Below, piece after piece: positions 10,289-19,022 of a stretch of DNA of 64,000 bases. The stretch comes from Desulfobacterales bacterium (GTDB lineage: Bacteria; Desulfobacterota; Desulfobacteria; Desulfobacterales; JAFDDL01), in contig CAXXKH010000045.1 in NCBI GenBank assembly GCA_963677545.2, positions 167,864 to 231,863 on the forward strand, read 5' to 3'. The notes beneath the pieces are model-generated. The model was not told the DNA's origin. It did not search any database and saw nothing but the letters and a program-made list of their open reading frames with translations. The translations under genes were made by a program, and so were the position numbers. How positions within the stretch are numbered: position 1 is the stretch's first letter; every line of letters starts with the position of its first letter.

Positions 10289-10420
10289 CATGAGATTTTA
10301 AAACGGCAATCCCTTGTAAATTGAATACAGACAAGGCTTTTTAGGAACATAGTTTTTAGAGCCCAATTTATACCCAACACTATACCCAACAGGTCGATCA
10401 CTCGTAGACAACTCTATAAC

Positions 10421-10606
10421 AAAGGTAAAAATCGCTCCGGGAACGGGTGCGGTCTGATTTCTTTAATTCGTGCTAAGGTCTTCACTCGCCCTAGGCGATT
10501 TTTGTCTGTTCAGGATCGTCACTTCAGAGCGCAGAATGATCCCAATCTAATCTTATTGCCGCGCTGCGACGGTGACGCCCTGGGATTGATCCGCCTGTTT
10601 CGCGGA
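10421..10606 (+). repeat. 185-bp intergenic repeat, copy 1
   Basis: Near-identical to 14805-14989. Its 3-prime ~85 nt also recur at 31964-32047. Confidence 0.9.
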
Positions 10607-10632
10607 GGGCTTCCATTATTTTTGAAATCAGC

Positions 10633-10667
10633 TTGACAATTCGAAAACTTATCGTATGATATATCAT
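10633..10667 (+). promoter_or_regulatory. sigma70-like promoter with an overlapping palindromic operator
   Basis: TTGACA (10633-10638), 16-nt spacer, TATGAT (10655-10660). A perfect 12-bp palindrome ATGATATATCAT (10656-10667) overlaps the -10 box. Confidence 0.55.
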
Positions 10668-10733
10668 CTGATAAATCGCGTGATGTAAACCCTAATCCAT
10701 CAGGCGCTCCCATTCACTAAAAGGATAATTGCC

Positions 10734-10961
10734 TTGAATACTGAAACCGATATTTCCCTATTGATCCGTGAGCTTCGGGGACGAACAGGGCTAACCCAAG
10801 AGAAATTCGCTGCTAAGCTAGGGGTCACATTCCCCACAATCAACCGCTGGGAAAACGGCCGGGCCAAACCCTCGCCCCTTGCCATGCAGCGTATAAAAGA
10901 ATTGTTACGAAGTATGGGTGACGGCGGTGTCGATTTGTTGAAACGTGTATTTAATAGTTGA
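10734..10961 (+). CDS. XRE-family helix-turn-helix transcriptional regulator
   Basis: 75 aa, TTG start preceded by AAGGA. LTQEKFAAKLGVTFPTINRWENGRAKP is a classic HTH_3 signature. Confidence 0.85.
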   Translation: MNTETDISLLIRELRGRTGLTQEKFAAKLGVTFPTINRWENGRAKPSPLAMQRIKELLRSMGDGGVDLLKRVFNS

Positions 10962-10975
10962 GGTAAGGGGGATCA

Positions 10976-13627
10976 ATGGCCGAGAATTCAAAAAGACCTG
11001 ATCTATTCAAGAATGGCAGCAGTTGGGTACGCGCCGATTTCCATTTACATACCAAGGCCGACAAAGAATTCACTTTTACAGGTGACGAGAGCTATTATTT
11101 CTCGGACTATATTGATGGCTTAAACAAAGCCGATATACGGGTCGGGATTATTGCAAATCACAATAAATTTGATTTTGATGAGTTTAAGGCACTTAAAAAG
11201 ATAGCTAAGAAGCAGGACATTTTTCTGATCCCGGGCGTTGAACTTTCGGTGAACGATGGGAAAAATGGTATCCACACACTTGTGGCTTTTGGTGATCGAT
11301 GGCTGGAAAATGGAAAGGACTATATTAATCAGTTCCTGAATATCGCCTTCGAGGGAAAAACTCAAAGTGAGTATGAAAATGAAAATGGTCGCAGCTCGCA
11401 GGGTTTGATTGAAACGATTAAGCGGCTTGAAGGCTATCATAGAGATTTTTTTATTATTTACGCCCATGTGGAAGATAGAAGCGGATTATGGAATGAATTA
11501 GAAGGCGGCAGAATTCAAGAGTTGGGCAAAAATGAATTTTTTATCAGGCGGACATTGGCCTTTCAGAAAGTCAGAACACATGACGTGCCAGATAAAAAAT
11601 GCCGTGTAAAAGTCAAGAATTGGCTTGGGGATACATATCCGGCGGAAGTGGAAGGCTCGGACTGCAAATCAGTCGCTGAGATTGGCAAGGGCGGAGCCTG
11701 TTTTCTTAAAATTGGAGATTTCACATTCGAAGCGATAAAATACGCCCTCTCGGATCACCCGAACCGTGTTTCCATTCAACCACAAAAGCACGAACGTTCA
11801 AGGGTTGTCAGCGCAACTTTTGAAGGTGGCGTGCTTGGCAATCAGACAGTTAATTTTTCATCGGAGTTAAATACCCTGATCGGCATTCGCGGTAGTGGCA
11901 AGTCGTCTATTCTGGAAGCGCTTCGGTATGCACTGGATATTCCCTTCGGTGAAAAGGCGGAGGATTTGACATATAAAAAAGAACTCCCTGGCCATATGCT
12001 TGGCAGTGGCGGTAAAATAACGGTTCATGCCGTTGATCGACGCGGGCAACCATATGAGATCCGGCGAATTCTGAATGAACTCCCGGAAGTCTATATTGAC
12101 GGTGTTTTAAAGCCAGGTATTTCGATTCGCGAAACCATCGTCCACAAGCCCATCTATTTCGGTCAGAAGGATCTGTCCAGCACCGGGGAAGGCTTTGAAA
12201 AAGATTTGGTTGAAAAAGTCCTTGGGGGAAAGCTAACCGGTATTCGCGGGCGTATCGATTCCCAGCGTCAGAAGGTAATCGAATCCATTAGGCAACTCAC
12301 AAAACTGGCGCATACGGATGAGAAAAAGAAGGAGTATGAAGCAAAAAAGCAGGATGCCGAATTCCGTCTTAAACAATATAAAAAGCATGGTGTTGAAAAG
12401 AAGCTGGAAAAACAGGTCGATTTTGAAGTCGATTCCAGAAAATGTCGCCAGGTTATCGACCATGTGAATTCCTATTTGTCTGATCTGGACGATTTTATTT
12501 CCCGACATGAGGACGATTTACAAAATGAAAGCGTTTATCGTTCCAAACAGAATGACGCCTTTTTCACTGATTTTTTTACGATCTACACCAAACTGATAAG
12601 TGCCTTTGGAGAGATCAAAAGCGTCTATCAAAAAAGTCGGACAATTCTGGAAGAGATCCAATTAAAAGTCCAGGCGTTCGAGAAACTCAGGGACGGTCTC
12701 AAAGAGGAGTTCGCCGAAATCGAACGAAAATTGGCAGCCGAGCTGAAGGAGAGCGGCGTCAAAGCGATTAAACCGGACGAATTCCGTCAGCTCCGGAAAA
12801 CCGTTGATCAGTCCACCCAGATGATTTCCGCTTTGAATAAGCAAGAAAGTCAGAGACTATTGATGACCCAGATCCTTTGGCAGGAACTTGCCAAACTAAA
12901 TGAGCTTTGGCATGAGGAATTTAAAACCATCCAGGCGGAGTTGGAAAAGGTCAATCAGCGTCACGCATCTTTGGCCATTCAAGTTGACTATAAAGGCAAC
13001 AAAGAGGCATTTATAGCATTTATGAAGGATATGTTCAGGGGCAGCCGCGTCCGCGAAACTACTTTCGAAACTTTGGCCAACACTTTTTCCGACTTCGGTG
13101 ATATGTTCAAAGCATTCGATGCGACTAAATCCGTCGTTGGTTCGACAGCAGAAGCCTTTGAAAAATATTTTGAGAAAAATCTTCCGGCATTATTGACTTG
13201 GCAAGTACCCAATCGTTTCGTCATTACCTATCGAGAAAAAGAGCTGAAGCACCATTCCCTTGGGCAGCGGTCGTCAGCCTTGATCCTCTTTGTCCTCAGC
13301 CAGCAGGAAAACGATGTTATTATTATCGATCAACCCGAGGACGACCTGGACAATCAAACAATCTATGAAGATGTGATCAAACTGATTCGCAACCTGAAAC
13401 CTAAAACCCAGTTTATTTTTGCAACCCACAATGCCAATATTCCTGTCCTGGGCGATGCTGAACAAATTTTTGCCTGTACTTATTCAGATGACAAGATCGG
13501 TTTGGACACCGGCAGCATCGACGATCCGAATATGCAAAATAAGATTGTGACGATTATGGAGGGTGGCGAAGAAGCATTCAAATTGCGTAAAAGGATATAT
13601 GAAATATGGAAACCGCAGAGCTTCTAG
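10976..13627 (+). CDS. PHP-domain phosphoesterase fused to a coiled-coil ABC/SMC-like ATPase (Ppl-like candidate defence protein)
   Basis: 883 aa. N-terminal PHP-like motifs (RADFHLHTKAD, ANHNKF, PGVELS, YAHVED). Walker A GIRGSGKSS, then a long K/E/Q-rich coiled-coil. Signature-like SLGQRSS, Walker B IIIIDQPEDDLD, and ATHNANI. Confidence 0.75.
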   Translation: MAENSKRPDLFKNGSSWVRADFHLHTKADKEFTFTGDESYYFSDYIDGLNKADIRVGIIANHNKFDFDEFKALKKIAKKQDIFLIPGVELSVNDGKNGIHTLVAFGDRWLENGKDYINQFLNIAFEGKTQSEYENENGRSSQGLIETIKRLEGYHRDFFIIYAHVEDRSGLWNELEGGRIQELGKNEFFIRRTLAFQKVRTHDVPDKKCRVKVKNWLGDTYPAEVEGSDCKSVAEIGKGGACFLKIGDFTFEAIKYALSDHPNRVSIQPQKHERSRVVSATFEGGVLGNQTVNFSSELNTLIGIRGSGKSSILEALRYALDIPFGEKAEDLTYKKELPGHMLGSGGKITVHAVDRRGQPYEIRRILNELPEVYIDGVLKPGISIRETIVHKPIYFGQKDLSSTGEGFEKDLVEKVLGGKLTGIRGRIDSQRQKVIESIRQLTKLAHTDEKKKEYEAKKQDAEFRLKQYKKHGVEKKLEKQVDFEVDSRKCRQVIDHVNSYLSDLDDFISRHEDDLQNESVYRSKQNDAFFTDFFTIYTKLISAFGEIKSVYQKSRTILEEIQLKVQAFEKLRDGLKEEFAEIERKLAAELKESGVKAIKPDEFRQLRKTVDQSTQMISALNKQESQRLLMTQILWQELAKLNELWHEEFKTIQAELEKVNQRHASLAIQVDYKGNKEAFIAFMKDMFRGSRVRETTFETLANTFSDFGDMFKAFDATKSVVGSTAEAFEKYFEKNLPALLTWQVPNRFVITYREKELKHHSLGQRSSALILFVLSQQENDVIIIDQPEDDLDNQTIYEDVIKLIRNLKPKTQFIFATHNANIPVLGDAEQIFACTYSDDKIGLDTGSIDDPNMQNKIVTIMEGGEEAFKLRKRIYEIWKPQSF

Positions 13628-14769
13628 AGATAATTGCCCGAGATGAGGACAGCAAGCATCAGTTAAAGGCCGATTTCGCCAACGCCAAGGCACTGGCCGC
13701 CGAGTTGGTGGCCTTCAGTAACTCAGGCGGCGGCATCCTGATTGTCGGGGTAAATAAAGATGGTGCGTTTTCGGGTCTCACAAGGGACGATATGGGCCGA
13801 TTGAACCAGTTGATTTCCAATACCGCCTCCCAGATTGTCCGCCCGGCGATCAATCCTGAAACCGAAAATATCACCATGCCCGAAGGCTTGGTGATGGTTG
13901 TTCATGTCTCCGATGGCATCAGCAAACCTTATATGGACAAGGACGGAACCATATGGGTTAAAAGCGGCGCCGATAAAAGGAAAGCGACGTCGCGTGAAGA
14001 AATCCAGCGAATGTTCCAAAGCGCTAACCTCATCCATGGCGATGAGATTCATGCAGCCGGATTGACCGTAGCTGATTTAGATAGTGATTACTTTTGGGAT
14101 TTTTTTAGTAAACAGCATGGCCGGTCCGCGGATGATCTTGATATCGACCTGCCTCAGCTACTCACCAATATGAATCTGATGAAGGATGGGAGGTTGAATG
14201 TCAGCGGCGCGTTGCTATTTTCAAAAACTCCCAGCGTCAGATTGCCGGCATTCATTGTGAAAGCAATATCGTATCCGGGAACCGAAATCGATGTGGAGAA
14301 TTACATCGAAAGTCTGGATATTCCGGGAAAGCTTGAAGAAATCTACGATCAATGCATGAGCTTTGTACTGAGAAATATTAAGCATATTCAAATGGGCCAA
14401 GGGGTGAACACTACTGGAAATCCTGAAATCCCACGGATTGTTTTCGAAGAACTGATCGCCAATGCACTAATTCACCGGGACTATTTTATCTCTGCACCAG
14501 TAAAGATTTTTATCTTTCAGGATCGAGTGGAAATCATCAGCCCCGGGCACCTGCCAAATAACTTGACCATTGAAAACATCAAACTCGGCAATTCAAATAT
14601 TCGAAATCCGATTCTGGCTTCCTATGCAACCCGGATTTTGCCCTACCGCGGCATTGGAAGCGGCATCATCAGAGCGCTTAAGGTATTTCCGGATATTCAT
14701 TTCGAGGATGACCGAGATGGGAACCAGTTCAAAGTCTTTATTAAAAGAGTTTCCTTTGAGCAGGAATAA
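13606..14769 (+). CDS. Schlafen/AlbA_2-type (divergent AAA) domain protein with HATPase_c_4-like C-terminal domain
   Basis: 387 aa. ELVAFSNSGGGILIVGVNKDG and ISKPYMDKDG..WVKSG (AlbA_2 pattern); ELIANALIHRDY (HATPase_c_4 pattern). It overlaps the upstream gene by 22 nt. Confidence 0.7.
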   Translation: METAELLEIIARDEDSKHQLKADFANAKALAAELVAFSNSGGGILIVGVNKDGAFSGLTRDDMGRLNQLISNTASQIVRPAINPETENITMPEGLVMVVHVSDGISKPYMDKDGTIWVKSGADKRKATSREEIQRMFQSANLIHGDEIHAAGLTVADLDSDYFWDFFSKQHGRSADDLDIDLPQLLTNMNLMKDGRLNVSGALLFSKTPSVRLPAFIVKAISYPGTEIDVENYIESLDIPGKLEEIYDQCMSFVLRNIKHIQMGQGVNTTGNPEIPRIVFEELIANALIHRDYFISAPVKIFIFQDRVEIISPGHLPNNLTIENIKLGNSNIRNPILASYATRILPYRGIGSGIIRALKVFPDIHFEDDRDGNQFKVFIKRVSFEQE

Positions 14770-14804
14770 ATTACCATCTCGAACTGCTGGTAATCAAAAG
14801 CCGA

Positions 14805-14989
14805 AAAGGTAAAAATCGCTCCGGGAACGGGTGCGGTCTGATTTTTCTAATACGCGCCAGGGTCTTCACTCGCCCTACGCGATTTTTGTCTGTCCAGGGC
14901 GTCACTTCAGAGCGCAGAATGATCCCAATCTAATCTTATTGCCGCGCTGCGACGGTGACGCCTTGGGATTGATCCGCCTGGTTTGCGGA
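14805..14989 (+). repeat. 185-bp intergenic repeat, copy 2
   Basis: Direct repeat of 10421-10606, 4384 bp downstream, with scattered substitutions. Confidence 0.9.
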
Positions 14990-15236
14990 TTTTTCGGAAA
15001 ACGCTGCTAATGGTGCTCGCTAAAATTTTTGAAAAATTAGCGCTTCGAGGGTGAGATTATTCTCATTTCACCGGTTTTAGGGAAGCTGTGGTTGCTTAAA
15101 AATGTCTCAAAGCTGGTGATGTTCGATGGGTTCAGACCAGCTGCCCAATCTTCTTTTTTGTATAAAACCGATGGGCCTGGCAAATCGCGGCCCTGTAGTA
15201 GGTGGCGGCGGAGGTTTGGCTCCCGACCTCATTTTT

Positions 15237-15824
15237 TCAGCTGTGAGTTATTCCCCCCACCCACGGCTGCCGTTTCATCAGGTAGAGCGTCCGGGGGCCG
15301 ATATTCCCGTCTTCGGGATTCATCTGAAAACAGCTGCCCCCCGCATTTTCCAGCCACCGGGAGGATACGGGGTCCGGGCTATCCAGGTTGCAGAGCCGGA
15401 TGGCCGCGGCCGGGCAGGTGGATGCGCAGGCCGGTTGATCGGCCTCCAGTCCGACGCCCAAGCAGCAGTCGCACGATTCAGCAATGGCGCGCTGGGGATT
15501 GACATATCTCGCCTGGAAAGGGCAGGCCCCGACACACTCTCCGCAACCGTTGCAGTCATCCGCTTCAATCAGGACCAGGTTGTCTTCGTTTTTATAAACA
15601 GCGTCGTTGGGACAGGCCTCCAGGCAGGGCGGATTTTCGCAGTGCTGGCACATGACCGGAAGGTAATACATGGAAAGCTCCGGGAAGGTGCCGGACGGGC
15701 CGACCCGGTGAACATCCATTCGCCGGGTTTCGGCAGATGCCCCGTGCACCACCTGACATGCGACTGTGCATGAAAAACAGCCGATGCACCGGTCGAGATC
15801 GACAATTAATGTTGGCCTGCTCAT
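15237..15824 (-). CDS. 4Fe-4S dicluster protein, electron-transfer (beta) subunit of a molybdopterin oxidoreductase
   Basis: Real start at MSRPTLIVDLDRCIGCFSC (ATGA overlap with the upstream gene's stop). It has four Cys clusters (CIGCFSCTVAC, CQHCENPPCLEACP, CNGCGECVGACP, CDCC...C). Confidence 0.85.
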   Translation of the reverse strand: MSRPTLIVDLDRCIGCFSCTVACQVVHGASAETRRMDVHRVGPSGTFPELSMYYLPVMCQHCENPPCLEACPNDAVYKNEDNLVLIEADDCNGCGECVGACPFQARYVNPQRAIAESCDCCLGVGLEADQPACASTCPAAAIRLCNLDSPDPVSSRWLENAGGSCFQMNPEDGNIGPRTLYLMKRQPWVGGITHS

Positions 15825-18451
15825 CACTTGTCCTCCGAGAGTGGTTGGACGGTTTCCGTTTCCTGCCCGCCACACTCTTCCGGAATGCCGCTTCCGTAAA
15901 ACGGCGGTTCCCACGAGTATGGTTCCGCATCGGCCGGGGTGACCCGGCACAGCTGGGACCTGACGCCCGGCACCCCCAGGGCGGGATCGTACACGTCTCC
16001 GGCGCAGAGAATGTTGGCATTGGCCCCGTCCCAGCTATACCCCGGCAGTCCCAGTGAAGGGCAGCCCTGCCACCAGCCGTGCTTCATGGAAACCACGCCC
16101 GGCAGGATACCCGGTGTGAGGATCGCCTTCATGCGAATCCGGCCGGTTTTGGTCTCGATCCACGCCCATTTCTCAGGCTCGATCCCGAAGGTTTTGGCCG
16201 TGTCGGGATGAATCTCGAACTGCGGGTGCGGAAACAGCGCCCGCTGATAGGGGCTGGAGCGGTGTTCGGAGTGATAGTAAACGGGCAGTCTGGCCCCGGT
16301 CGTCAGCACCAGGGGGAACCGGTTTTTCAACTCATCCGGACCCACCGGGGTTTGATGCGGTTCGATGTAGCAGGCAATGGGCGCAATCCCGCGCTCCCGG
16401 GCAATCTGGCTGAAAATCTCCACCTTTCCGGTGGGGGTGGGGAATCCGACGGGGGCACCGGTCCGTTCGTCCATCTCCTCGAAGTAGTTCAAAGGGGGCG
16501 CCGGCACTCCCCGTTCGATGGTAAACCCGGCCGCCGCCGCATTCCCGCACTCCTTTTGGGCCATCTCCCCGCGCCATTTCCAGTAGGCCGCCTCGTTCGG
16601 CCAGGGCCACCACTCGGGCGAGAGCCGCTTCCCCAGTTCGATATAAAACCATTCGTCGCTCCGACGCTCGTACAGCGGCTCGATGACGGGGTGCTCGCCC
16701 CGCTCGAAGGGGCCCAGTCCCGCGGGAAGGACGATGTCCGCCAGATGCCCGGTGGGTGTCAGGTGTAGGTCCATGTCCACCATGAACTCCAGCGCAAGAA
16801 GGCCCTCCCGAACCGTTGTCTGATCCTCGCACCAGCCCCCCAGCGGATTCCCCTGGACCTTTACGTAGGCCTTGATGGGATAGGGCTTTCCGCTCTTCAT
16901 GGCTCTGAAACAGCCGGTCATGGAGGGCAGCCCCGGCTGCAGGGGATATTCGCCCAGCGCCGGCTCGTCCGGACAGGGGCCCTCCAGTTTCACCGAGAGA
17001 TCGTCGTCCGGCGCTCCCCATGGGGTCATGGTGCGGGGGCCGCCTTCACGCTTCCAGTCGCCGGTGATCCACCGCCAGTGGGGCAGGCCGCAATCCCCCC
17101 CCGGCCGGTTGATATTGCCGGTAACGGCATCCAGGCAGAGACAGGCCCGAAGAATCTGAAATGTGTTGGTGTGTCCCCCTTCCAGGCCCTGTATTCCGAA
17201 GCTGCCGGCGTCCAGGCAGGCGCTGGAACTTTCCGCGAACATTCGGGCCGCTTGCCGAATTTTTTCGGCAGACCCGGTCCAGCAGATCCGGGCAGCCTTT
17301 TCCGGCGGATATTTCGCCGCCTCCCGTCGAAGTAGTTCCAGGGCGGTACGGCATCTGATGCCGTTCACCGTGTAGGTGCCGAAGAGTTCGGGATTCACGC
17401 CGTCGGCGCCGACGGGCCTGGCCGAATGGGTGAGGCGGTCCCACACCATGCAGACCGGCCGGTTTCGGCGATCCTCGATGCAGGCGGGAAACGGGAGGAA
17501 GGCTTTTTTTCCTTCCGTAGGGCCGAGATCGCCCTCCAACAGAAGATTCCCGGTATCTTCCCGAACCAGAAAGGGGCCGTTCGTGTGGTTTTTCAAGAAG
17601 GTGCCGTCGAACAGGGACTCTTCCAGAATTACATGAATCCAGCTGAGCATCAGCGCGCCGTCGGTACCGGGTCTAACCGGCAGAAAGATATCCGCCTTGT
17701 GGGCGAGGGGATGCTCGAAGCGGGGATCCACCACGATAAGCTTTGCGCCCCTGTCCATGATGTTCTCGATGATGTGGGGCCCGTTGAAGGCGGGGTGCGC
17801 CCAGACCTCGTTTCGCCCCCAGAAAACCATGCATTTGGAGCTGTCGAAATCCGCCCGCAGGTGGTGGCCCACCGTGAGGCAGGTGGTGGCCGCCATGGGC
17901 CCCCGGCACATATGTCCGGGGTGAATCGTGTTGGGGGACCCGATGCAGTTTTTCAGACGCGCGGAGAGTTCCACCGAAAACCGCCCGGTGCCCTGACCCG
18001 AGGCAATGGCATGCGCGCCGTACGTTTCCTGAATTTTTTTTAGCTTGTCGGCGATGGTATCCAGCGCCTCTTCCCAGGAGATGCGAACCCAGCCCGGATC
18101 CCGGTCTCCTTTGGGCCGTGTCCGCTTCATCGGGTAATTGAGCCGGTCGGCTGCATGGAGTTTCTGGACGCTCGCAAGACCTTTGGGACACAGGGCGCCC
18201 CTGTTTCTGAAAAACGGCTCTCCCGTCACCCCGACCACCTTTCCATCCTTCAGGTGGGCCCGCAGGCCGCACTGGGTGTGGCAGCCGTAGCACCGTCCCC
18301 CCACGACACCGTCGGTGACGAGATCCTTCGGGGGCTTCATAAAGAGGGGGAGATTACCGGGGGGAGGACCTGAAACATCCGTACTGTGCTGGCGGCCTCC
18401 TTTATCGGAACTCCGGTTTGTTGCCGCTTTTTCGGTAGGGGTGGTCATCAT
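15824..18451 (-). CDS. molybdopterin (Mo/W-bisPGD) oxidoreductase catalytic subunit, no Tat signal
   Basis: About 875 aa from the ATG at 18451 (GAGGTG RBS). N-terminal CX2CX3C...C(PKG) FS0 motif (CYGCHTQCG ... GALCPKG). Length and order are typical of the DMSO reductase superfamily. Confidence 0.8.
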   Translation of the reverse strand: MMTTPTEKAATNRSSDKGGRQHSTDVSGPPPGNLPLFMKPPKDLVTDGVVGGRCYGCHTQCGLRAHLKDGKVVGVTGEPFFRNRGALCPKGLASVQKLHAADRLNYPMKRTRPKGDRDPGWVRISWEEALDTIADKLKKIQETYGAHAIASGQGTGRFSVELSARLKNCIGSPNTIHPGHMCRGPMAATTCLTVGHHLRADFDSSKCMVFWGRNEVWAHPAFNGPHIIENIMDRGAKLIVVDPRFEHPLAHKADIFLPVRPGTDGALMLSWIHVILEESLFDGTFLKNHTNGPFLVREDTGNLLLEGDLGPTEGKKAFLPFPACIEDRRNRPVCMVWDRLTHSARPVGADGVNPELFGTYTVNGIRCRTALELLRREAAKYPPEKAARICWTGSAEKIRQAARMFAESSSACLDAGSFGIQGLEGGHTNTFQILRACLCLDAVTGNINRPGGDCGLPHWRWITGDWKREGGPRTMTPWGAPDDDLSVKLEGPCPDEPALGEYPLQPGLPSMTGCFRAMKSGKPYPIKAYVKVQGNPLGGWCEDQTTVREGLLALEFMVDMDLHLTPTGHLADIVLPAGLGPFERGEHPVIEPLYERRSDEWFYIELGKRLSPEWWPWPNEAAYWKWRGEMAQKECGNAAAAGFTIERGVPAPPLNYFEEMDERTGAPVGFPTPTGKVEIFSQIARERGIAPIACYIEPHQTPVGPDELKNRFPLVLTTGARLPVYYHSEHRSSPYQRALFPHPQFEIHPDTAKTFGIEPEKWAWIETKTGRIRMKAILTPGILPGVVSMKHGWWQGCPSLGLPGYSWDGANANILCAGDVYDPALGVPGVRSQLCRVTPADAEPYSWEPPFYGSGIPEECGGQETETVQPLSEDK

Positions 18452-18609
18452 AACACCTCGTAAAGGTTTATCGAAATGCATGTGGCTTATTATCACTATA
18501 CCGCCGAGGCCTTTTTGCATCAAGTGCATTTCGCATATCCAATCTACTGGGATATTATCAAGAAGAAAACCGTTGATGAGGTCATTTTCAGGACATTAAA
18601 GCCCAAAAA

Positions 18610-18780
18610 AACATCTAATGCTTGAACTGATGGCACGGTCTGGCATGAGAATCAGCGAAGTTCTGGAGCTGACCCCTCAGGTATCAATGACCGAAGATTA
18701 ATCCACAAGGTTCCTAAAAGTAGCTGTGAGCAGAAGCTCATCTTCATATTCCAGCAAATCGCCGACAGACTGAAAGACTA
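18610..18780 (+). pseudogene. tyrosine recombinase (phage-type integrase) remnant, frameshifted
   Basis: The translated fragments LELMARSGMRISEVLELTPQ and GINDRRLIHKVPKSS.EQKLIFI..QIADRLKD lie in two different frames. They match the conserved R..G.RisE.l.L...Di core of integrases. Confidence 0.55.
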
Positions 18781-19022
18781 ATCTTTGATATATCTGTTAG
18801 CACACCAAAAAGAATTATTCTCATCTCTCAGGTTTTGCTTAACCTGCGATACTGGAGAGATATACAGCAGTTCGGCAGCTTTTTTGCCCGTGGCATACTC
18901 TGATCGTATTTGCACGTAACGCCTCCCGAATAAAAAAGATGGCAACTACCAGAATTGAGGGTGGCCTTTTCGTTCATTTGGTACACTTACATAGCAGTTG
19001 TATATGAGATGTTTCAGATAAA

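Noticed and set aside
10421-14989. 185-bp repeats interpreted as integron attC sites or as retron msr/msd
   Set aside because: No intI integrase or reverse transcriptase is nearby. The enclosed cassette is 4.2 kb with its own promoter, the repeat is longer than typical attC sites, and I could not identify R/L core sites. It is kept only as an unexplained structured repeat.
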